In this document: one piece after another, positions 24,637-35,191 of the stretch
Numbering within the stretch: the first letter of the stretch is position 1
Layout of the letters: each line of letters opens with the position of its first letter
NCBI GenBank assembly: GCA_000934665.2
Contig: JYFJ02002611.1
Span: forward strand, 1 to 54,132
DNA length: 54,132 bases
Source: Catajapyx aquilonaris
Lineage: Eukaryota
Reading direction: 5' to 3'
The notes under the pieces: generated by a model
Databases searched by the model: none
Seen by the model: the letters and a program-made list of their open reading frames with translations, nothing else
What the model was told of the DNA's origin: nothing
Program-made: the position numbers and the translations under genes

Positions 24637-26850
24637 TTACGCCCAGATCTGAAAGGGACGGGATGTAGTTAGCAACTGTCTGGACAGATGATTTACTGTA
24701 CGTAGCATGAAACAAATTAATGTACCCTGAGGGTGAAATCCCAGCTTCCAGTGCAGAGAGCAGTTCCGTCGGGTGAGACTCGCAGGCATGAAACTCTGTT
24801 CTCGTGCCCGTACAACATGGCTGCCCTGGTACACTTCAAGCTGTCCCAGGCATTCACCGTGTAGTCATTGTAACCAGCAAACAGAAGACGACCTGCAATC
24901 GTAGCAAACAGGGCATGAAACAGTTCGGAGCTGACAATGTTCTCGTAACTCACCACTAACGGAGAAGTCAACAGAATTGACGCCAAAGATGATGCTGTCC
25001 TTGCTGTAAACCGCCACTTCATTGTCCGCCCTTAGGTCAAATAGCCGACACTGCACCAGAAAGAGTCGAGGTTAATAACTCCTTACCGGCAAATACATCA
25101 TGCCTGTACTCACTGTTGCATCGTCCGATCCGGTGGCAACAGCGTCTCCGCTGGGATGAAACTTAACGCTATTGATGTCTGACTCATGTCCCTCAAATGA
25201 CTGAACACACTGGCCCGTACGCATGTCCCATATCAACGCCCTCCTGTCGCACCCCTACGACAACAACATATCAGTAGATTTTACAGCCTGAACCTTGCTG
25301 ACCTTCTGCCGACTAACTTACCCCAGAAACAAAAGTGTTTCCAGTCTCGCTGGGAGCAAGCGCCAAAGCCATGACGTCCCCATTGTGCCCGTGGAAACTC
25401 TGCAGCATCATTCCGCTCTCAACGTCCCACAGGGCACACGTTGAATCCCCGCTACCCGTCAGGATCTTTGAACAAATTGAAACAAGCATGTCACGTGTTC
25501 GTTTAATGTGCATGATTGGTGCGAATTACCTGCTGATCCGAGTTTGGGAAAGTGCAGCACGACATATAGCTAGTGTGTGTTCCAACCGTCTTTTTCTTGC
25601 TGGACACGTCTTCTTCAAGGCTCAGTGGGTACACAGTAACTTTGTTGTCCAGGCCACTGTTGCCAAATAAAAGCGTTACAAAAGGAGCTCGATTGAGGGG
25701 CTGTGAAACTCACCCGCAGGCAACCAGGTTGCCAGACGGAGCATATGCGCAGGCCATGACCCAGGTGGTGGGCATGGCCACGGCATGCTCCTTGTTGGTG
25801 GTGAAGGCATCCCATATTATCATCTTGCCATCCTGACAACAAAGTGATCACGTTAAATCCCGTCTCAAGATGCACATTTTCCTGCTCAGGTTTACCTGTG
25901 ACGATGACACAACATGTCTCTTGTCCATTGACCAGTCAGAGCAAAGCACTTTGGCCTGATGACCTTTCAGGACACGGCGGGGCTTTATGTTCAGACCACT
26001 TAAGGCATCCAAACGCTGTGCCACTGTCGACACTGGAAATGGACAGCCTCAGGTGGTTACGATCAAAAAGTAAGCACATGTAAAGTACACGCGTGGCTGC
26101 ACACAAGCAGCAGGATTGTAGGAAATAGCTGAGATGCTCATCAGCCATGCAAACAGACCTGTGACCTTCACGAAATCCTTTCCTAGACATGCATGCATTT
26201 CGCTTACAACTAAATGATAATCAACGTTGGAAAAATATGAACCGAGTTTTATTTGCTCATTAATATAAAAATCATAAAAATGCAGGGTTGACATACAAGC
26301 AACGCACACAACATGCAAACAAAGCAGGCTCTGACTAGACCCGGTTTGGGCAGTAATATCACAATGGGATGAACAACAGTGTTGACAATGCAGTGCGGAA
26401 AACGAAACGGCGATCTTATGTCCCTCCCAGTACAATATGAGTAAAGAGTAGCAACAATGTAAGAAACAATGACGTCAGATCGTCGTTTGGTTTTCCTATA
26501 GAGTGTAGGCTATAGTGCGGAAAACCAAACGACGATCGTTTCGTACATTGTTGCTACTGTTCACTCATATTGTTCTGTGCGGGGTATTTCCATGGAAACC
26601 TTGATGACGTCAGATCGTTGTTTAGTTTTCCGCACTATAGTTAATAACGAGGCAAAGCAATAACATTCGCAACGAAGCTTTGCAAGCAACACAATCATGC
26701 GACGGTGTGTGAGCTAGACTGACGAGAGGCGTCGTTGAGCTTGCTCCTCTCCTCCTCAAGCTTAGCCCTGAGGGCGTCCCCTTCCTTGACCAACGCATCC
26801 AGATCAGCAGACCCCTCCTCCGCCCTGAGAGCCTCCGAGGTCATCTTCAT
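24637..26850 (-). CDS. GNB5: Guanine nucleotide-binding protein beta-5 (WD40)
   Basis: Exons encode [108 protein letters not shown], i.e. beta-5-type residues. Confidence 0.93.
26391..26637. repeat. Composite palindrome of four AGTGCGGAAAAC.AAACG.CGATC units in GNB5 intron 1
   Basis: Unit occurs forward, reverse, forward, reverse; the whole stretch is an imperfect palindrome centred near 26505; probable MITE dimer. Confidence 0.6.
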
Positions 26851-27514
26851 TCTCTGTCTCACTGCACCCCTCTCCTCGGCAATGTCTGGAAAGGAAGGCA
26901 ACCGGTGAGTGCACGGTGCGGTACCGCTGCGTTGCTGCATTACCTGTCCTGGTGAGGCCCCTTCCACCCCGACCCCCATCCAACCTGACCCCTGACCCTA
27001 GTGACTGACTGGACACCTCCACTGGGCTACTTTACACAAAGACACGCAGGCGTCGTCAGCGTCCCCCAAACAGCGTCGGCGCCACCCTATTTTCGATCCC
27101 TCGAACCCCCAAGGTACGCACCCAGACAGCCACACTCCACCCGCACCTAAAACCACCCTTGAAAAAACCGCTGTCCCACTTACCCTGTAAACCCGGGTTA
27201 AAAAACCAGTTTTTGGGACACCCAACAGCTACTGCCAGTAGCAGCTACTTGCAATGTAACTAATACTTAAGTGGGACACCCAGCCAGTTTGGGTTGGAAT
27301 AGCAGCTGCGTTACACGACCCTCCATTTTGTGCAAAAAAAAAAAGTTCCCCCCTCCTCTCCCCACTCCCCGTCCTCCCCTTCATAATAAGTAAGTTGGCC
27401 AATATTTTGTGCGTGCAGAATTCCTGAAGGGGGAAGGTCGCATGACGCGTAGCTGAACACTCTCGTTTCCAGGGGCTCTGCAAGTACAGTGGACACAACC
27501 ACAGGGGCAGAAGG

Positions 27515-30500
27515 ATGGAGTGGACGACGGTCCTGCTGGTGGGAGGACTCCTCTTGTTGGGGATGGCTGCTGGGGAGGAAGGAGGTAAGGGTGGAACACC
27601 TCCTGGGCATTGGGTTGGGCCCTTGGCTTGCACCTGTTGGCCCACCGTCATTGGGAGGGGATGGCCGCACCGGCACTGCCAGGCACGGTCAGCAGTCCGC
27701 AACGATGCATAGATTGCCGTTGGTACGCAATGACCCCGTTTAGAGTACGGGCAGTCCCACGGGCATCAGTCACTAGCAGAAAGTATGGATTGTTCTGGAT
27801 CAGTCCAGATCAGCGCACATCGTGCGGTGAGGAATTAATAAGTCTAGTTGAATCCGTGCCAAATGTGCAGGCGCGTAAAATCAACAGGATGCATCTAATC
27901 TGCTGGTCAGCCGATTAAGAGTCCAAATCCAACAAGTTGCAGCAATCAGATTACAGGTCTTTGATTTTTAGCAAAGTTGTCAACTACATGGCCTAATATA
28001 ATAATATAATAAGAATCCGGGTAGTGCTGAGGTATATAGCACGGACCTTTATTTTATACTCATACATAATCGGAACCTTTTTACGTAATGCCCGGGCCCA
28101 CGGGCAAGATGACAGGAGGGGATGTGCAAGGTGCAGTGCAATGTCTTTATGTGGCCATTTTTAGTGAACTCCCCCGGGTGGTTTAGTCTGTAGGAAATAC
28201 CACCCGAGACGAAGCCAGAGGTGACCCAATGAACTCTGCACGAGATGAAGGGGGTGTCGCCGGGCTGGGATCGAACCCGGGACCTTAACATCCGTGGGCG
28301 CATACGTTACCGCAGCACCACTCCGCCTCCCCTACATGGCCTAATACATTTCAGGGTAGTCCGGTGCCTATGACGTGGTGCTGAAGATGAATAGTGCCAA
28401 GGTCATTGATAAAGGGCCAGATTGGGCATGGGGAATAACAATTAGTCATACGTGTGTGTTACTTTACTTTTGATGGCAGTATGCTTCATGGGCACATAAA
28501 ATGGTGCGGACAATATGGAAAGTGAAGTCAGCTGTATTAACAAGCAGTCTAGGGAGGCCTCGTGGTTACGCCACTGGCCAGCCAAGCGGGAGGCCGGGGT
28601 TCAAATCCCGTCCCCATCACCACTGCTTGGCCGGATCTGTTTCCGCTTTTCACCCGACATGCCGGGGGCAGAATTGCACTCCCTACTCTGCCCAGGGCCA
28701 GGAGAGAAGGCCTGGTGTATTTCAGAATGTCAGAAATGACTACCGCACAGCGCCCTCCCTTGGGAAACTTCCCTTCCGCCCTATCACGGGGTATTTTTTT
28801 TTAAGCAGTCTTTGTCATGGCTGACATTGCTGTAAAAAAGAACCGAGTTTAATGAACCTGTTTGCATGGTTTCCGCAGAAATGCAGCGGAATTCCTGTAA
28901 GTAGTCCACATGTGGCAGATGTAAGAATGTGTGGGTTCACTCGCCAACCGTGGGGCTGCCTCGGAAGTCATTGTCACCATTACTTTTGCTATGGCAAATT
29001 TGATGATAAAATAAAAGAGACATGACGTCTAGGGCAGCTCGTTGTGATGTACCTGGGAAATGCGAGCCAGTTTTGGTTGATCTTATATGCAAAAAAAAAC
29101 ACCAACGAAAAACCCCTGCAGGAAATGGTGTTGCACCTCAGGGCCCGAAGTTTGTCGTGGAGGGAGACAGGATCAAAATGAGCTGCGACCTGGATCAATT
29201 TAAGCGCCTGAAGTGGTCAAAAGACGGAAACGAGATTCTCAACACCGACCCCAGAATAATCACCATTCCGTATTCCAATGGGACGAGGATTACCATGATG
29301 GTCATTCATCATGCCAAAGTGGAGGATTCAGGGGTGTACAAGTGCAACCCAAGCTCCGGGGAACTTGTGGTTCATGTCCTCAATGGTAGGAACTATGGCA
29401 CTCAACTCACCAAAAGTCGCAACAGTGTGTGGAATGTGAATAACCAGTAATTCGCTCAACTCTTTGAGTGCACCTTGAGCAAGAACTGTCTTTGGTGACT
29501 CCACAATGAGTGTTAGGTCAGCACGTCAGCATGACCTCATGCTTTTCAACATAGAATCCGTCACAATTAAATTTATACAGTGCAGACTGCCTGGGCCGCT
29601 CTCCAAAATGACGACTCATAAATTTGTAAAATAAACTTAACATGTTTCGGAAGGGTCAGTGTAGCGGACAGCATGTGATATTTCAGGAATATTATTTGTT
29701 ACTAAGTACATGTTAATACCGAGCCATGTGTAAGAGCAGAGCAGCATTAGTTGGTACAAATAGATGCTGTGAATCTAACTCCGCTCCTGAAATATCATCT
29801 GGCATCCGATGCCAGAAATTATGCAGTGATGTAGTACGAGAAGGCAATGTCCATTCAGCATACAATGTAGTAATCTCATATGCGCTAGACAGCATGACTC
29901 GGTGACACTGTCTTGCAACACGATTCATTGCTTAGATAAGTGTACTGTCATCAAGGCCACGTCATGCATAGGAAGCGTGAGAAGCGGCTTTAAGATGACA
30001 AAGTAACTGCATGGCAAACATCTCGTCTCGTGTGTGTTGAGCAGACATTGTTTTAACACGCATGTGTTGCCATGTCTACATGGCAATCCGCACCTGCCTG
30101 TCTAACTCTTGCTTTTTGTTTTGTAGAGTTCACGCTCACTGCCAAGGAGAAGATTGTGCTTATGCCCAAGTCCAGCCTCTTTCTACAATGCAATTCCAGC
30201 ATCAACTTTCAGGCAATGACCTGGTAAGAGTTTGGACTCATTCTATTTCCACATGGCACTGTGCCAAAGCCTTTGCCCGTAGCATTTCTGAAGCCAGTTT
30301 TAAAATTACACTTTGTGGATTCAATGGATTATGTAATGTACCTGAGTTATTTTGGCAGATGCAAAGGTTTTACAATTGTGTGGTACATAATGTAAACCTA
30401 GGGTCGTTATGCTTTTTCTATTGTTTCTGTGACGCTGAGTGATACGGAAGGGGCAGCGAGGTATTGATCCGCCATATTTCCAGGACATTCAATGGCGAGG

Positions 30501-31796
30501 TAATCACCCCCACAAACAAAGATGGCTACAAGCTTGACCCTGAGAAGGGAAGCCTGCTGGTTGATAGTGCAGACAGCAAACATGCAGGGAACTACACGTG
30601 CAGCATAAACAGCACTGAGGTTGAAGGGGAGTCGAACCTGAGCAGAACCATTCAAGTCGTTCGTAAGTCATTTTGTTGCATTTGCGCAGAATTTACTGCT
30701 AACAGATTTGACCATGCTTTTTTTTCCTTTTCAGAGGAACCGTTTGCATATTTTAAATCCAAAGGGTCCTTGAACATGGTGGAAGGGGAAGACTTGACCA
30801 TCTCCTGCAACGTTCTGGGACATCCCAGACCCATTGTCACCTGGGAGAGAGGCAAGTTGCGGAATTACGATGTTATATGATCCTGTTTGTGACACTTGGA
30901 ATATTTGTATAATTGCATCGTGTCTGTGAGGCATCTTTCGAAGTGCATTGTTTAATAATATTGTAATGCAGTATTCAGCTGTTAGTTTAGCGAAAATAAC
31001 TACAACGAAACTTCCATCTATTGTTCTCAGTGGATACATGCTGTGCCCTTGTGAATAATTATAAAGGAATGCCTTTTTTTTTTAACACTTTCAGAGGGAG
31101 TACCCTTAACTCAGGGTGGGAGGATACAATTCAAGGACTATGACAACAGGACTGAACTAATCATCGATGATGTAACAATGGACGACCGTGCCAACTACAC
31201 CTGCATTGTTGCCAACGACCAGGGAAACCACAATGTCACAGTCTACGTCCGAATTAAGAGTGAGTGTTGAATTACTTGCATTGTTGCATCTGAGTCGAGA
31301 AGCGAACCCTAATCGCTCATGCTGAGAATAAATTTCTTTCTTTGTCATGTCACTCAATAAATTAATTTTCAGGCAAGTTGGCTGCCCTCTGGCCTTTCCT
31401 GGGCATCTGCGCAGAGGTTGCCGTCCTTTGTGTGGTCATCTTCATCTACGAGAAGAGGCGCAACAAGACAGAGCTGGAAGAGAGTGATACCGACCAAAGC
31501 CCAGAACAGTACGTCCATTTCTGTGGCCTTTGATTTCTCTTTTTATGGGAGGCAGTAGGGCCAACGTATACTATTTAAACTACTGCCCTTCAAAAATTAT
31601 CTCAGGTTGACGGCTTGATTCTGGGATTAATCATTGGTTGTTCATATGGAGCCAGTTCATGATGGCTTCTTATTGTGATTTACACAATTCTGGATAAGGC
31701 AGCGCTTTTATCATGTCACTAACTCGGCACTGCCATCTCTTTTCCAGGAAGAAACCAGCTGATCGCAAGGAACAGGACGTACGACACAGGAAATGA
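27515..31796 (+). CDS. Bsg: Basigin / neuroplastin-family Ig superfamily membrane protein (3 Ig domains)
   Basis: Signal exon 27515-27584; Ig exons 29122-29385, 30127-30223, 30484-30662, 30735-30851, 31095-31259; TM exon 31373-31508 with diagnostic LAALWPFLGICAEVAVLCVVIFIYEKRR; last exon 31748-31796 ending DVRHRK*. Confidence 0.9.
27999..28331 (-). mobile_element. Full-length tRNA-derived SINE (family 2) with 15-bp TSD
   Basis: A-box-like GTGGTGCTGCGG and B-box GGTTCGATCC on the minus strand, (TAT)-rich tail; TSD CTACATGGCCTAATA at 27984-27998 and 28332-28346. Confidence 0.85.
28551..28802 (+). mobile_element. tRNA-derived SINE (family 3) with 9-bp TSD and oligo-T end
   Basis: B-box GGTTCAAATCC at ~28597; ends in a T run; TSD AAGCAGTCT at 28542-28550 and 28803-28811. 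Confidence 0.75.
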
Positions 31797-32864
31797 GTGC
31801 CTCAGAACAACATGCATTACAATGAGAGTATTGTTATCACCCCTGAAGAATAGAACTCGCATTTTTTTGAGTTCATATGTAGTAGGCGTGTAACCGTAGC
31901 TTAAGGAACTTATCCCCCCAAGAAGAGGTGAATATTCGGAAGGAAAAAATAATTCAAACCACATTGTCTGGAGAAGAAACAAAAAAATTTGGTGTTTTAA
32001 AAGAATATGGATGGGGGAAGTAAATCAATTTTAATATATTATGTCCTCGCTATTTAAAAAGAAAGGTGATCAATGGATTATTATCTAGTCTACAGGTATT
32101 CCTATCCCGAATTATTTTTTCCGAGTTTTTCATAGCACGTTTTAACATAGAGTGTACATAGGAATGAAAGTTGATTAAATGTTGCCCTGTTTTTGGGGAT
32201 CTTTACAATCCCTCCTATTCGAAAGAATTTCATTTCTGTCGTCACTTCTGGAATTGCTTCATCGCTACGTAGTAGGAGGCTACCGATTCAATACCTTTGA
32301 ATAGATCGTGAGTTCCACAGTCTCATTGAACTTCTCAGACATGTCTGCAAAATGTGTGTACGATTTTAATGTAGGGCTATTTTTTTGACATGTTATATCC
32401 AAATGCACTTTGGAACTTGTTATTTGTGGGGAACATGTTGTTATAATTATTATACACAAATTTTCACTTGCAAATGATTCGGCCATGATTGAAAAATAAA
32501 TGTACAATCTGAGAGAAATGGTTCTTACTTGCTTGTGGCTTCTTTTTAAATCCGATGGGTACCTAGGGGATGGCCTTTCCAACCACCTTTCTTTTTCGTG
32601 TTCAATGAATTTGACCTTCCATTACATTCCGTCAGTTTATTTCACATCATTCGCTACTCATAATTACGCTGGGTATATCATAAAGAAACTGACACCTTTC
32701 GTGCAGGTAATAGCGGATGTAAAAGTTAAGTGATGTAAACAAGTTGGGAATTTAGTAAACCCAGGAGAGAGCTTACCATAATGTTTCAGTTATGCTTTCA
32801 GATGAGGGATAACATGCCAGTGATAGAAGTCGCAGAAATTGTGTAAATGGTGATGCTGGACAGA

Positions 32865-34923
32865 TTATTTGATAGGAAGGACGCACTGGAAGCCAGGAAG
32901 TGGAGGCCAGTTCTGATCCTGGTCGCAGACTGAATAGGCCAGAGGAAGGCCAGTGGTGCTCTGGAAGGGTTCCCTGCACCTGTACACGGCCATGGTACCC
33001 TCCGAGTGCAGCACATCATGGCACTGCACCTCCCTTCCACTCGGGGCATGGCAACTCATCTCCATCTCTTCTATCGGAGGTGGAGGAGGGGCCTCGCATG
33101 CTATCCTGTAAGGAACTGTGGAGACAAGAACACGTTGGTAACGCCTATACTTAAATATCGACATCATTCACACACCTCCTGTTATTTCACATACGGAAAA
33201 CAGCCCAGTGTAATGTGGCAAGGTGGAAAGAGCATTAATGTATGCTGCTGGTACATATCCAGCGAAGTGTGGAGGCGCTTCATCTCGTGCTGTTGGAAAA
33301 CCATTGCCCCATTCCCTGCAACAGACATCATTAGTGTGGCCAGTGATAATGTACTGCAGTGGACAGGCGGTTTGTTACAAGATGGTCGAATCGTGACTGG
33401 TTCCATCAGTCCATTTCCACTCTCTTATTAGGTTGTCTTTAGAAAGGCCGATCCAGTATAATCTGACGTCATAATATCCCATGGCCTCTATCAGCCACTC
33501 CTGCAAGTAAATGTATGGCTATCATTAGCGACTAACAACTTGTACCATTAGTGATATAATTGTAGAATATTCCAAAGTGTGATATTCATTAATGCATCAA
33601 AATGAATAATAATAATTCTGGCAGATAATTAATTCGATTTTCTCAGCCCCTCATAGCTTGGACTTCGGACACTTCAGAATTTGGTTTTCCAATTACATTT
33701 GAGGGCTTATTTTATTACCTTCTCATCCTGTGAATTGACCGACACTAAATCCCCTCCACTTCCTATGCATCTCTCTCTGGCATCAAACCACGTTGTCCGA
33801 TAAAAAGTTTCCAGGTAGTAACAGCTTGTGGAACCTTCTCTATTCAACCAATACTCGGGGCATGGGTCATATCCCCTACCTGCAAGAGGGAATGTAGCGT
33901 ATTAGCGGAGAGCAAGGAGTAAATCATGCATGATATATAAGCTCCTCTGGGACATCACAGTCCTAATAAGCGAGCCACACTTGGGACTAATTAGCTTTCA
34001 TCTAAATTGAAACGCTGTGAATAAGTATAGAAAGTCACCTTTTACTCTTTCGCACACAAAGTTCCATATCACACGGCAATCTACATTCGCAACATTGATT
34101 ATGTGGTACGTGATTGCCACAAAACCACAATGATCAGTGTGATTTATTGCTGAAGGTTCACCGATGCCCCACTTCCTGGTATAATTGAAGTTAATTAGTG
34201 AGTATTGGGGACACAACGACCAAGACAACATGTTGTCTGTGGATACTTACAGTGATTCAGAGCTTTGAAAGTCCCTTCCATCTATCCATTTCCACTTGTA
34301 TCCTCCGACACCAGGTGATGTCTCTTCGTACACTGCTCTCAGTCCAATGTACCAGCCCACTTCATGCCCCAGGAGGGTGGGGTACATCTTTGAAGCTATC
34401 CAATCCTGGGCATAAAATTGTGTTATTACATGTAGTCATCAACTCAAGGTCGACGGGGGCCGTGGCTTGTTCCTTGTTACTATTGTGATCATTTCTGTGG
34501 AGTAAGAGACTTACCCATTCCTTATCAGAGTTCACCACCAGCAGATCACCTCCCTTGGCTCGGCACAAGTCGCGCGATTCCTGCCAAGTATGAAACTCAT
34601 CCTGGAGCAAGTAGCAAGAGGTTTCGTCTGGAGGGGATATCCAGTCTGCAGGACATTGTGCAGCCAAGGCGCCTGCGAGGAAGCTTTATCATCAATATGC
34701 TGGTTGTAAAACAAGCCCATTATTTGCAAATTACATTATAACATCTGTGAAAATTTTGTCGCCATTTGCATGGGCAACACCAAACTTTGAGATGGATAAT
34801 GTCATTGATTCTCTGCATCGATCTTAAAGAGATATCGTTGACTGAAATCCAAGTGAGGAAGACAGCAGACAAAATGAATTTGACCTTACCATAAGCCAGA
34901 AGGATGAGGGCAAAGTAGCACAT
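32865..34923 (-). CDS. Lectin A1: signal peptide + 2 CTLD + six-Cys Sushi/Wonton-like module, 8 exons, intact
   Basis: MCYFALILLAYG|ALAAQCPADWISPP..CY..TWQESRDLC..GGDLL..WYIGL..WKWIDG..GEPS..C..C..FVCE; second CTLD with YWIGL..WKWTDG; final exon ACEAPPPPP..C..C..EGTMAVYRC..C..NWPPLPGFQC. All junctions in frame. Confidence 0.85.
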
Positions 34924-35191
34924 AGTGTGCTGCCGGTAACGAGCACTAGTCAAGACTTGGTACATGTCGTGTAGTGTTATCAGGTATGCAGGATGTGTGT
35001 GGCGGGGAGAGTCTTTTCTTGTGTGGACGACTCACAGTAGAAAAACCCACCATGGAAAAGTATGATACCTTTGGGACATACATAAATTAATTTTGTATTT
35101 CCTCCCTGTGGTCACCCTATAATTACGCATCCTGCCACAGTCTACGTGTTACATGCCTGATAACAACTGCTCACAAGTTACTTGGTATGCA

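Noticed and set aside
27229..27918. Several overlapping ORFs of 65-157 aa between GNB5 and basigin
   Set aside because: GC-rich promoter/first-exon region; only the signal-peptide exon 27515-27584 has a good donor and compatible phase.
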